Below, one piece after another: positions 47,498 through 56,645 of a stretch of 64,000 bases of DNA (the stretch's first letter is position 1; every line of letters begins with the position of its first letter). The stretch is from Parcubacteria group bacterium (GTDB lineage Bacteria > Patescibacteriota > Minisyncoccia > Moranbacterales > UBA9337): assembly GCA_041662245.1 (NCBI GenBank), contig JBAZSW010000007.1, positions 163 through 64,162 on the forward strand, read 5' to 3'. Under the pieces are notes generated by a model. It ran no database searches. It saw only the letters and a list, made by a program, of their open reading frames with translations, and was not told where the DNA came from. A program made the translations under genes and the position numbers.

Positions 47498-47686
47498 GGG
47501 GAAGATAATTTCAAATTACAAATTTCCAATGTCAAATAAATTCCCAAAATCCTAAATTCCTAGATTTACAAAGTCTTAAATATAAACTTTTAATTTTGCA
47601 CGTTTCATTTCCATTTGCACTTCTCGTGTCGCACAACCCCCTTTGAATGAATTTATTAATTTTAATAGGTGATAAATAAATAATAT

Positions 47687-48145
47687 ATGAAGAAATTCAA
47701 ACTTGCTAAAGGGCAAGTAAATTATACCTATATTCATTGGGCGCCAGTGATAAATTGCGTTTTGGAATTTCAGGGCAAAATTTTAATTGTTCAAAGAAAT
47801 AAAAATTTAAATTTTTATCCAAATTATTATAATGGAATTTCCGGATTTTTAGATGATAATAAATCATTAGAGGAGAAAGTTAGAAATGAAATTAAAGAAG
47901 AACTGAGTTTAAAAAATGCTGATATAAAATCTATTACGTTGGGAAATATTTTTCATCAAAAAGCTTCTAAATATAACAAGACTTGGATAGTGCATCCCAT
48001 CTTGGTACGTGTTAAAACAAACAAAATAAAGCTTGATTGGGAGGCTCAAAATTTTAAGTGGATAGATATCAATGATGCTTCAAAATATAAACTTTTGCCA
48101 GGATTTAATAAGGTATTGGCAGAAATAAAAACTTTGTTACCTTAG
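47687..48145 (+). CDS. NUDIX hydrolase
   Basis: GISGFLDDNKSLEEKVRNEIKEELSL matches the Nudix box Gx5Ex7REVxEExGU. Confidence 0.8.
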   Translation: MKKFKLAKGQVNYTYIHWAPVINCVLEFQGKILIVQRNKNLNFYPNYYNGISGFLDDNKSLEEKVRNEIKEELSLKNADIKSITLGNIFHQKASKYNKTWIVHPILVRVKTNKIKLDWEAQNFKWIDINDASKYKLLPGFNKVLAEIKTLLP

Positions 48146-48189
48146 GATTTTTTTTGGATGTTCTTTAAAAAATAAACTTTATTTTTTTA

Positions 48190-48520
48190 ATTTTAAGGGT
48201 ACATCTATGTATGCTCCTAGGTCCCCAAAATGGTATTTTTTTGAAGTATTTTTTTGTGTTTTTAAAAACTCTAAAAAACTACATTTTTTAATAATATTTA
48301 GGTACATGGATGTATGCTAAGATTAATAAAAAACAAAATAAAAAATATAATTTTTTATTAGAATACAAAATATTAATATCTGTTGATGGGAATAGTCCCT
48401 TATCTTTACATTTTTTTGATTATGATAGGGGAGTAGTTAATCTAAGTAGTTATCTTAAATAAACACGAAATAGTGTATAGTTTTTTAAAAGAGATACATA
48501 GATGTATACTCTTAGATGGA
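48190..48520. repeat. Three dispersed copies of a ~22 bp motif containing a 14 bp palindrome (R-TACAT-NN-ATGTA-Y) in an ORF-free AT-rich region
   Basis: 48197 gggtacatctatgtatgctcctag; 48300 aggtacatggatgtatgctaagat; 48490 gagatacatagatgtatactcttag. Confidence 0.7.
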
Positions 48521-48906
48521 AATTTAAGAACCAGCAGACTATTTTACGTTGCAGCAGAAAGTCTTTGTAATAAATGTTAAGAAATAACTAATTAAAGTAT
48601 TTTTTATATTATAAAATAATTTATTCAAAGCAATTGCTATCTTATATGAAAATAAGTGTAGCTGTGCTAAATAAATGCTAGCAGAGGGACCAATGATGGT
48701 TTACTAATCGATTTAAAAGCGGTTATTCAATGCAAAATACGAGTTATTTTAGATAGAATGTCGTAAAATCTACATTGTGCGACATACTGAATATATAGAC
48801 AAACCACTTCTGTTTCACTCTATTTAATACCTCGTGCACGATGACACTGATATAAATAAAATGACATAAAGTGGTTTTTAATTTTTTGTACGTATATTGT
48901 TATCTC

Positions 48907-49122
48907 TTATCCAAAAATAACAAAAGGTTTCGGAACGCCTGCGAATTTTCCCTGTAGCTCCTGAATGAAAGCTTCTTTATCCTTCTCAGAAGCCTTTTCC
49001 CCCACTACAATATTGCAGTGGGTGCAGATAAGGTTTCCCGTTTTTTCTTCCCATTGTAGGGAACTCTGGCAGCTGGGACATCCCCACTCATTCTCGTCGG
49101 CCCTTCTTTCCGTTGATGGCAT
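48907..49122 (-). CDS. Small zinc-ribbon protein (CPxC...CxHC); GC-rich relative to its surroundings
   Basis: Strong RBS ggagg before the ATG. MPSTERRADENEWGCPSCQSSLQWEEKTGNLICTHCNIVVGEK... Confidence 0.6.
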   Translation of the reverse strand: MPSTERRADENEWGCPSCQSSLQWEEKTGNLICTHCNIVVGEKASEKDKEAFIQELQGKFAGVPKPFVIFG

Positions 49123-49295
49123 AATATTTCCTCCTCAATTTTTGAGAAAAAAGAAAAAACTAACCCTATTTGTACTCCCCCCTATTATAGCATATTTAGA
49201 CGATTTTGTCTATAGCTATAATATTGGGGGCTTTGTAAAATGAGTCCTGTATATCCAATGGACAATACAGGGTTTCTGAGAAGAGTAAGGAGTTA

Positions 49296-49697
49296 CTTAC
49301 GAAAATTCTAAATCTTTAGAATTTCAATTAAGGCCAATTCTATTTCCAGTGGAGAGAAACGTGGATAAGAAAGACCGCTACAACTGAGGTGCACCGTTGG
49401 AATTTCTAGAGAAGGGTCAATGTGCAACAATATATTTGGGAAATGATCACAGTGACGATAAATCAAAAGATTATACATTGAAACGATTAATTTCTCAATT
49501 GGCGCTCTTTCTTGAGCATCACTGTTAATGTAATTATCTGGAAGACGTTTTTTCCAAAAATTATTATTAATGATTTCAATTGTCGATCCGGGGCTATTCT
49601 TTTGAATAACCTCAGTAAACTATTTGATATCTTCTGCGTCAAATGGATGGCAAGTGCTGAGCATTAAAACTTTTAATGAACTATTTTTATATGTCAT
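49296..49697 (-). pseudogene. Frameshifted hypothetical gene
   Basis: Minus-strand ATG at 49697 gives MTYKNSSLKVLMLSTCHPFDAEDIK*. The ORF continues in the +1 frame as FTEVIQKNSPGSTIEIINNNFWKKRLPDNYINSDAQERAPIEKLIVSMYNLLIYRHCDHFPNILLHIDPSLEIPTVHLSCSGLSYPRF... to about 49296. Neither piece appears in the ORF track. Confidence 0.3.
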
Positions 49698-49868
49698 TTT
49701 TTATTCCTCTTAGGTAGAATGAATTTTTGGTGTACATATATATTTGTGTAATATTAAATTTATGGCACTAAGTAATTTTTGTCAATTGTAAGTAAAGTGA
49801 TTTAACTAAAATAAAAAAACTTAGTTTTTTCCACTAAGTTTTTTTTAAAAAATAATTGTAAAAAATTA

Positions 49869-50282
49869 TCAAAGCTTTATCCAAAAAGCTTCTGTCTCGG
49901 CAGGGATAAATCCTAAAGATGCATAGAGATTTCTGGCTGCTATGCGACTGGGGTTGCTCGTAAGACTTAGTGATTTTAATTTTTCTTTTTTAGCTACTGC
50001 GATTAATTCTTCTACTAATTTTTTACCAAGTCCCCCACCCCGGTAAACGCTACTGACTACGATATCTTCTAACTTTCCCACCATTCCTCTGGTAGGCACA
50101 GGATAAATAGCTAAAGCTCCAAAACCAATAATATCTCCATCACTTTCAATAACACGACAACAAACCGCTTTGTTATTTAAGAGAAGTTGAGGTTCAAAGT
50201 TAATGGGTCCCTCAGTTAATTCCTTAAGTAGCTCTCTAACTTTATCAGTATCTTCTTCTTTAAAAGGTCTAATATTAAACAT
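49869..50282 (-). CDS. GNAT-family N-acetyltransferase
   Basis: VYRGGGLGKKLVEELIAVAKKEKLKSLSLTSNPSRIAARNLYASLGF is GNAT motif A (the R/QxxGxG/A region). Confidence 0.8.
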   Translation of the reverse strand: MFNIRPFKEEDTDKVRELLKELTEGPINFEPQLLLNNKAVCCRVIESDGDIIGFGALAIYPVPTRGMVGKLEDIVVSSVYRGGGLGKKLVEELIAVAKKEKLKSLSLTSNPSRIAARNLYASLGFIPAETEAFWIKL

Positions 50283-50320
50283 ATTTTTTAAATTAATTTT
50301 TTATATAAAATAAATTTTTG

Positions 50321-50800
50321 CTAAGAAAAAAATGCTAATCCTAAAACAATTCCTCCTGAAAGCATGGTTCCCATCAATAAAAGTGGCAGTGATTTTTTGG
50401 CTGGAAAACCAAAGACAAAAGCCGCCAAAGCCCCCGTTAGTCCACCTAAAAGAGGAATGGGAATAGCCGCTAAAATAAAAACTGCCCAAAGTCCATATTT
50501 TTTAATTTTTTTGTCAGCTCTTTTTTTAGTATGTTCAAATAACCAATCAAAAAAACTTTTAAAAAATGAAACATGCTTGGATAAAAATTCAGAAATAGGA
50601 TCAAGCAAAAAAACTATCAAGATCATTGCAAAATAAGTGCCCAAAACTGAGTAAAGCCAAGCTAAAAAAGGGCTGAGATGGTAAACCTTAAGCGCTAAGG
50701 GGATAGAGGCTCGCAGTTCAGTAACGGGTATCATGGCTATTAAAAAAGTTGCCCATCCTTTGGGAAAATTCACAAACCAATTTATTATAATATCTTCCAT
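50321..50800 (-). CDS. Small integral membrane protein (4 TM), family uncertain
   Basis: 159 aa, hydrophobic. No confident family assignment. Confidence 0.5.
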   Translation of the reverse strand: MEDIIINWFVNFPKGWATFLIAMIPVTELRASIPLALKVYHLSPFLAWLYSVLGTYFAMILIVFLLDPISEFLSKHVSFFKSFFDWLFEHTKKRADKKIKKYGLWAVFILAAIPIPLLGGLTGALAAFVFGFPAKKSLPLLLMGTMLSGGIVLGLAFFS

Positions 50801-50959
50801 GATTAAAAAGTAATTTATTTATTAAGTATATTTTAGCATTATAAATAGTTTTGCGCTATATCCGGTTATCTTTACATAAAATGTTAAAAGTGTTATGCTA
50901 TAAAAATACAAAAATGGTTCATTTTTATAGCAATTACAAAAAATACAGGAGGTGCTATA

Positions 50960-51325
50960 TTGAAAAAGATAAGTGCTAAAAATATCGCAGGTGCACTTAG
51001 TACATCAATTGTAGTAGTTTCAATGGGCATATGGTTTATTTTTAAGTTTTTCAATGATTTAAGATTCAAACAAATCAATGAAATTGAAGAAATAAACAAT
51101 GTTATAATTTTTAAAGGTAATAGTAAAGAATTGTTTGTCTTAGAAAAATTTAGTAGATATTCTGTAGATATTTCAAACAACACGATAGCTTTCACATATT
51201 TCGGATGTGCTTTGAAGAATGATTGTCATAAGTTCAGAATTTCGAGAAGGATTTCGAAAAGATTAAAAGAAGTTCTCATTCCGTCCGATTTCCTTTATGA
51301 GCAAGGATTGTACCGCCTTCGTTGA
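50960..51325 (+). CDS. Hypothetical protein with an N-terminal TM/signal segment; TTG start
   Basis: RBS aggaggtg 7 nt upstream of the TTG. The antisense ORF 50893..51195 is rejected. Confidence 0.45.
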   Translation: MKKISAKNIAGALSTSIVVVSMGIWFIFKFFNDLRFKQINEIEEINNVIIFKGNSKELFVLEKFSRYSVDISNNTIAFTYFGCALKNDCHKFRISRRISKRLKEVLIPSDFLYEQGLYRLR

Positions 51326-51385
51326 AAGTCCTTGACTATGCAATCGAAAAGACTTGAATTATATAATTAATAATTTGAGTCTTTT

Positions 51386-51766
51386 TTATTTTTTTCGATA
51401 GTTCTCAATTGCTTTTTTAATAGCATCGGCCGCTAAGTTGCTACAATGCATCTTTAATTGAGGCAATCCCCCTAGTTCATCAGCGACTTGTTGATTAGTT
51501 ATTTTATAGGCTTCATCCAATGTTTTTCCTTTAACCATTTCAGTTGCCATTGAGCTTGTCGCAATAGCGGCTCCACAGCCAAGAGTTTGGAATTTTACAT
51601 CTTTAATGACATCTTCTCCCTGCTTATTTTTGATAATTTTTAGATAAATTTTCATAATATCCCCACATTTAGGATTACCTACTGTCGCTTCTCCATCAGC
51701 CTCGGGGATTTCTCCAAGATTGCGAGGTTTCATAAAATAATCTAAAACTTTTTTTGAGTATTGCAT
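51386..51766 (-). CDS. iscU: Fe-S cluster assembly scaffold IscU/NifU-like
   Basis: GNPKCGDIMKIYL, FQTLGCGAAIATSS, LPQLKMHCSNLAADAIK are the three conserved Cys regions of IscU. Confidence 0.92.
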   Translation of the reverse strand: MQYSKKVLDYFMKPRNLGEIPEADGEATVGNPKCGDIMKIYLKIIKNKQGEDVIKDVKFQTLGCGAAIATSSMATEMVKGKTLDEAYKITNQQVADELGGLPQLKMHCSNLAADAIKKAIENYRKK

Positions 51767-51912
51767 GTTATTCTCTACAAATTACGAGTAAAATGCTAAT
51801 TTACAATGGCATTTTATTCGTAGGTGCGTAGTTTAAAGTTAAACATTTGTTATTTAATTATTGAATATTTTTGGCATTTTTGTAATTTCGTAAAATTTGT
51901 ATTTCATAGAGA

Positions 51913-53115
51913 TTACTTAAATTCTGATAAAACATTTCCAGAAATTTTTCTTAATCTTTCAATAATTTCTTTTATTTTTTCTACTGTAAAATCAATCTCT
52001 TCTTGAGTAGTGTGCTTGCCCAAAGTTAGACGCAAACTGCCATGGGCCTGTTCGTGTTTAAGTCCAAGAGCCAAGAGAACATGAGACGGACTTAATGATC
52101 CAGAAGAACAAGCTGATCCAGTAGAAGCACAAATTCCTTCCATGTCTAGTGACAGTAGTAATCCTTCTCCCTCAATGTTGTCAAATCTAAAGTTGGCATT
52201 ATTGGGAGAACGATTTTCTCTAGGACCATTTAAATAAGAGGCGGGAATTTCTTTTAATACTTTTTCAATTAAATAATCTCGCAACTTGCTAATTTGAGAT
52301 GCATCGATATTTTTTATTTCATCAAGCGCTATTCCTAGTCCGGCGATAGCGGGGACATTTTGAGTTCCTGCGCGTAAATTAAATTCCTGTGCTCCTCCGG
52401 TTTGAATTTCTTTTAAGGGCGTTCCTTTCTTTACATAAAGAGCTCCTGTTCCCTTGGGTCCATAAAATTTGTGAGCCGAAAAAGACAATAAATCCACTCC
52501 TAATTTTTGGACATCACAATCTAAATAATTAATTGCTTGCACGGCGTCAGTGTGGAATAATATTTTATTTTTTCTTTCAATATTTAATTTTTTAATCAGA
52601 TTTCCAATTTCTGCTATGGGCTCAATCGTTCCAATTTCATTATTAACATACATTATGGAAACAAAGATGGTATTTTCACGAATAGCTTCTTCTAATTTTG
52701 CAATATTAACCAACCCCTGAGAGTCCACTGTTAAAAAAGTAGCTTCAATAAGGTCAGATTTTTGAAGATCTTCAATAGTTTCCAATACACAGTGATGTTC
52801 AATTGTAGAGGTTAAAAAATGAGGCTTGGCGGCGTTTTTGCCATTTTTAGCATAGTAATGGCTCAAAGCTCCTCGAATGGCTAAATTGTTGCTTTCTGTG
52901 GCCCCAGAAGTGAAAAATATCTCACTCATTTGAGAGTTCAAAAAACTGGCTACTTTTTGCCTAGTTTCATCTAAGGCATTCATAGCAGTTTGTCCCATAT
53001 TATGAACCGAAGAAGGATTGCCAAAATCATCCGAAAAATAAGGCAACATTTTAGCTAAAACTTTTTTATCGACAGGAGTGGTAGCGGCATAATCTAAATA
53101 TATTTTTTTGTTCAT
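51913..53115 (-). CDS. iscS: Cysteine desulfurase (IscS/NifS-like)
   Basis: IYLDYAATTPVD, SAHKFYGPKGTGALYV (PLP Lys), SSGSACSSGSLSPSHVL (active-site Cys loop). The start is set at MNKKIYLD. Confidence 0.92.
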   Translation of the reverse strand: MNKKIYLDYAATTPVDKKVLAKMLPYFSDDFGNPSSVHNMGQTAMNALDETRQKVASFLNSQMSEIFFTSGATESNNLAIRGALSHYYAKNGKNAAKPHFLTSTIEHHCVLETIEDLQKSDLIEATFLTVDSQGLVNIAKLEEAIRENTIFVSIMYVNNEIGTIEPIAEIGNLIKKLNIERKNKILFHTDAVQAINYLDCDVQKLGVDLLSFSAHKFYGPKGTGALYVKKGTPLKEIQTGGAQEFNLRAGTQNVPAIAGLGIALDEIKNIDASQISKLRDYLIEKVLKEIPASYLNGPRENRSPNNANFRFDNIEGEGLLLSLDMEGICASTGSACSSGSLSPSHVLLALGLKHEQAHGSLRLTLGKHTTQEEIDFTVEKIKEIIERLRKISGNVLSEFK

Positions 53116-53183
53116 AATGTTTTCTCTATTAGCCTCCAACTCTTCCCTTTAGCAAAGGGAGGGCTGGGGAAGGTTTTACTTTT

Positions 53184-53621
53184 TTATACTGATTCCAATT
53201 TTCTCTTATCCTTTTCTTTACTAAGGAGAGGAGGATCTGGTATTAAATCACTTAGTTTTATATTATCTAAAGTTTTCTTAATTTCTTGGCTCAACTTTAC
53301 CCAAACTTTTTTTGAGGCGCACTGGCTATTTTTGCATTCGGCACTTAAACATTTTTTTGGCTCAATTTTTCCTTCTAATATTTCTACAATTTCACCTACA
53401 GTTATGTTGGGAGGTTCTTTTGCTAAAGTATATCCCCCACTCTTTCCTTTTTGACTCAGGACAATTTTGGCCGATTTTAGTTTAATAAAAATCTGCTCCA
53501 AATATTTGGCGGAGATATGTTCTTCTTGGGATATTTCTGTAATGCTTTTTAAATAAGGATAATCTTTGGCTAAGGTTACCATGGCACGCAATCCGTATTC
53601 AGCTTTAGTAGAAAATTTCAT
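53184..53621 (-). CDS. iscR: Rrf2-family transcriptional regulator (IscR-like)
   Basis: MKFSTKAEYGLRAMVTLAKDY...ISAKYLEQIFIKLKSAKIVLSQKGKSGGYTLAK is an Rrf2 wHTH. Lies upstream of iscS-iscU. Confidence 0.85.
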   Translation of the reverse strand: MKFSTKAEYGLRAMVTLAKDYPYLKSITEISQEEHISAKYLEQIFIKLKSAKIVLSQKGKSGGYTLAKEPPNITVGEIVEILEGKIEPKKCLSAECKNSQCASKKVWVKLSQEIKKTLDNIKLSDLIPDPPLLSKEKDKRKLESV

Positions 53622-53734
53622 AAATTTATTCTATTCATACTATTTTACTATGCTTTAAGTATAATAAATTCTTGCAGAGTTGTCAAATAAAAAAACAGAG
53701 GAGAAACCACGTGGGTTTTTCCTCTGGAAACAGT

Positions 53735-54229
53735 TTAGGCAGCCATTCTTCTTTTTTTAAAATGAATTCGAAAAATTGTTTTTTTCTGCTGGGAGGGATG
53801 GCATAGTTCTTTGACTTTTCTTTTTCCGTCAGAGGAGAGTTTATAAGCAGATTGTATTCGGTGTTGTCCGAAATTAAGAACAATTCCAATCATATTTTTA
53901 GTGCAGAATTTTTCGAATTTTTTGGAATCTAGTCGGCTGAGATCTTCCTTTTTGACTAGTCTTTCGCTATGCAGATGATAGAGAGTATTGGAAATTACTT
54001 TTAAGAAATGAATTCTGTCGTCATCAAGCAATTTTATTGCTCGTTTTGCAAAATCCCACTCCTCCAATTTATCATAAATGAAATTTCGAGAAGACCATTT
54101 ATTGCTAGGAGCCAAAGATAAAATCAAAAGACAAATCCTTCGCCAATGTTTACCTGCTAGCAACTCCTCTACTTTTTCCTTTATTGTATTTTCTAAAATA
54201 GAATTTCCCGCCATGATCTGTACCTCCAA
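53735..54229 (-). CDS. Hypothetical protein (about 160 aa)
   Basis: Clean ORF between iscR and rlmN. No family recognised. Confidence 0.45.
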   Translation of the reverse strand: MEVQIMAGNSILENTIKEKVEELLAGKHWRRICLLILSLAPSNKWSSRNFIYDKLEEWDFAKRAIKLLDDDRIHFLKVISNTLYHLHSERLVKKEDLSRLDSKKFEKFCTKNMIGIVLNFGQHRIQSAYKLSSDGKRKVKELCHPSQQKKTIFRIHFKKRRMAA

Positions 54230-54324
54230 AAATTTTGGCTATTTTTTACTTAAAACAACTAGGACAAAATTAACTTTACAACTTTTGTTGAAATAGTCAA
54301 GGGCATTTTTTTAAAGACAACTTT

Positions 54325-55371
54325 TTATTTAGGAGTTTTTCCTGCCAATTGACCACAGGCTCCCGAGATATCATCGCCGAGACTTTTGCGAATAGTAACT
54401 GATATTTTTTCTTTTTCTAAAGTATTTTTAAATTTTTGAGTAGTTTCACGCGAGGAGGGGTTGAGCCCAAAACCGATAGAATTATAGCGAATTAAATTAA
54501 CATGCAATAATTTAATATTACCAATTTCTTTTAAAAATTTAGCCAGTAGTAAGGCATCCTGACGTGTATCATTAATTTTATCCATTAATATATATTCAAT
54601 AAATATTTTTCTTTTATTTTTAATCAAATATTTTTGTAAAACTTCTTTTAATTTATTTAAATCATAAAGCCGGTTAACTTTCATAAATTGACTTCTTCTT
54701 TGATTATTTGCAAAATGTAAAGAAATGGCAAGATTAGCTTGAGGAAATTCATCAAAAAAACTTTCTATTTTATCAGGAATTCCCGCCGTAGATACAGAGA
54801 TGCTCCTATTCCCAAAACCCATCAATTTTGGGTCAGTAAGTTCGCTAATACTTTCTCGGACATTTTCCCAATTTAAAAAAGGCTCCCCCATTCCCATAAA
54901 AACAATACTGTCTAATTTTAAATTTTCATTTTTAAATTTTAAATTATTCTTTATGTATTGACTCCAAAATAAAACTTGGCTGGTAATCTCATCTGCGCTC
55001 AAATCTCTTTTGAAGCCATTTTTTCCAGTAGCACAAAAAAGACATCCCAAGGAACAACCCACTTGCGAAGAAACACAGACTGACCAAAGGTTGGGTTTAG
55101 GAGAAATTAAAACTGTTTCGATTAAATTTTTATCTTCCAGTAGAAGCAGGGCCTTAATTGCTCGCTTATCCTTAGAAATTAAAATAGTCTGGATTTCAAA
55201 AGGAAGAATTTTTAGCTGAGTATTTAGGAGATTTCTTAAATCCAAAGGAATATTGGATATTTTTAAAAAGGAATCTACTCCCTCAGAAAAAATCGCTTTT
55301 TGAATTTGAGCCAATCGGTAGCGGGGAATATTATTTTTGGCAATTATTTCTTCTAATTTTTTATTATCCAT
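54325..55371 (-). CDS. rlmN: 23S rRNA (adenine2503-C2)-methyltransferase, radical SAM RlmN/Cfr family
   Basis: VCVSSQVGCSLGCLFCATG (CxxxCxxC), GMGEPFLNWENV, and a C-terminal catalytic Cys. Confidence 0.88.
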   Translation of the reverse strand: MDNKKLEEIIAKNNIPRYRLAQIQKAIFSEGVDSFLKISNIPLDLRNLLNTQLKILPFEIQTILISKDKRAIKALLLLEDKNLIETVLISPKPNLWSVCVSSQVGCSLGCLFCATGKNGFKRDLSADEITSQVLFWSQYIKNNLKFKNENLKLDSIVFMGMGEPFLNWENVRESISELTDPKLMGFGNRSISVSTAGIPDKIESFFDEFPQANLAISLHFANNQRRSQFMKVNRLYDLNKLKEVLQKYLIKNKRKIFIEYILMDKINDTRQDALLLAKFLKEIGNIKLLHVNLIRYNSIGFGLNPSSRETTQKFKNTLEKEKISVTIRKSLGDDISGACGQLAGKTPK

Positions 55372-55589
55372 AAATAAATTGATTTATTTAAGTTAGTTAA
55401 TTGTACTTTATATATAGTAATTCACTCGGATAATTAACACAAGAATAACAGCTATTTGGGTTGACGTCGTGCCATTTATGGACTAAGATTATTATCTGGA
55501 GATACAATAATTTGTGATTTCCGAAAGCAGTTCTTTGGGGTTTGTTTCTTTGTACATTTTATTAAAAGCTAACTTATTAAGGGGGCAAC

Positions 55590-55976
55590 ATGAAGAGAAA
55601 AAGAATTTCTGGCTCAAGCAATGATGATCTTAAAAAATTAAGAGAGTCATTGAGAAATCATTTGAAAAATTCTAAAGATCTCATTGATGTCTTAAGAGCA
55701 TATTTTGTAGAAGAAGATGGAAGTCATATTCTGTTTAAATGCCCCACGGGGAAAGACAAGCATTCTATATTTGATACATCTCAACAAGCGTTTTTTTGTG
55801 AATGTGGCTGCGTGGGCAAAGGGGATGTGTTTGCCCTAGTGATGCATGTTGAGGGGCTTACTTTTCCCGCTACGATAGCCAAATTATCTCGCGATACGAT
55901 AATTACGACAGCTAAACAATTGCGAAAAAAAAGAAAAAAAGGAAGAAATCCAAACTTTAGAGAACTATTTCAGTAG
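55590..55976 (+). CDS. Standalone CHC2-type (DnaG-like) zinc-finger protein with a basic C-terminal tail
   Basis: FKCPTGKDKHSIFDTSQQAFFCECGCVGKGDVFALVMHVEGLTFPATIAKL matches the primase N-terminal zinc-binding domain. No TOPRIM domain follows. A promoter TTGACG-17-TAAGAT lies at about 55465. Confidence 0.65.
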   Translation: MKRKRISGSSNDDLKKLRESLRNHLKNSKDLIDVLRAYFVEEDGSHILFKCPTGKDKHSIFDTSQQAFFCECGCVGKGDVFALVMHVEGLTFPATIAKLSRDTIITTAKQLRKKRKKGRNPNFRELFQ

Positions 55977-55991
55977 TCAAGTTGAGACCAC

Positions 55992-56032
55992 CGTATTTGC
56001 TAGGGGCAAATACGGTGTTTTTGTTCGCTAAT
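55992..56032 (+). terminator. Rho-independent terminator
   Basis: accgtatttgctaggggcaaatacggtgtttttgtt. Confidence 0.6.
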
Positions 56033-56256
56033 AATTTTAAATTAAGTTATAATGAAGTTGAAAAAGCTTTCAGAATAAACGAGCGAAAAATTGAGACCCA
56101 CCTGGAGTTCAGGGAAAAAATTTATTTTTTCCGATACTTTTTTCAAGGGACTCACGCGTTTGTCTTGCATTGAGAGCTTTTTTATTTGAATAATTTTTTG
56201 ATATTAAAATAATTTGAGGTGCCAGCAATGTTTTGCCGACACCTATTTTGAGAAGT

Positions 56257-56460
56257 TTAATTTAATAGTCTTTTTCGTTTGCTTTGATACTGTAAGCGTT
56301 TTAGTTCAGTTTCACTCTTAAGACCCAATTGCTCAAGAGTATGAATTCCTGAAGAGATTTCAACTATGAGATCGTTGATTTCTCTCTGCGCTTCTTTTTG
56401 AGAAAAGAGCCCCCTTCTCAATGATTCCAGCGTTACCATTGGATCAACATGTAAACTCAT
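56257..56460 (-). CDS. Small hypothetical helical protein (67 aa)
   Basis: Strong RBS aaggagga. MSLHVDPMVTLESLRRGLFSQKEAQREINDLIVEIS... Confidence 0.5.
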   Translation of the reverse strand: MSLHVDPMVTLESLRRGLFSQKEAQREINDLIVEISSGIHTLEQLGLKSETELKRLQYQSKRKRLLN

Positions 56461-56645
56461 TTTATCTTCCTCCTTTTTACCTATTTAATAAAAACAAAAG
56501 TTATTTTTATCTTACATTTTATATTAAAAAATGCAAGTTATTGAAAATTTACTCAAGATTTAAAATTATTTATTTTTGCTAGAATATTTAGATTATTTCT
56601 GATATAATTATGTATAATTAGATTATTAACACTTGCTTATTTTAT

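Noticed and set aside
48190-48520. CRISPR-like array
   Set aside because: Only three repeat copies, with irregular spacing (about 105 and 190 bp) and internal palindromes. No cas genes are nearby. Not a CRISPR array.
55982-56173. 63 aa plus-strand ORF
   Set aside because: It overlaps the intrinsic terminator hairpin of the CHC2 gene and has no RBS.
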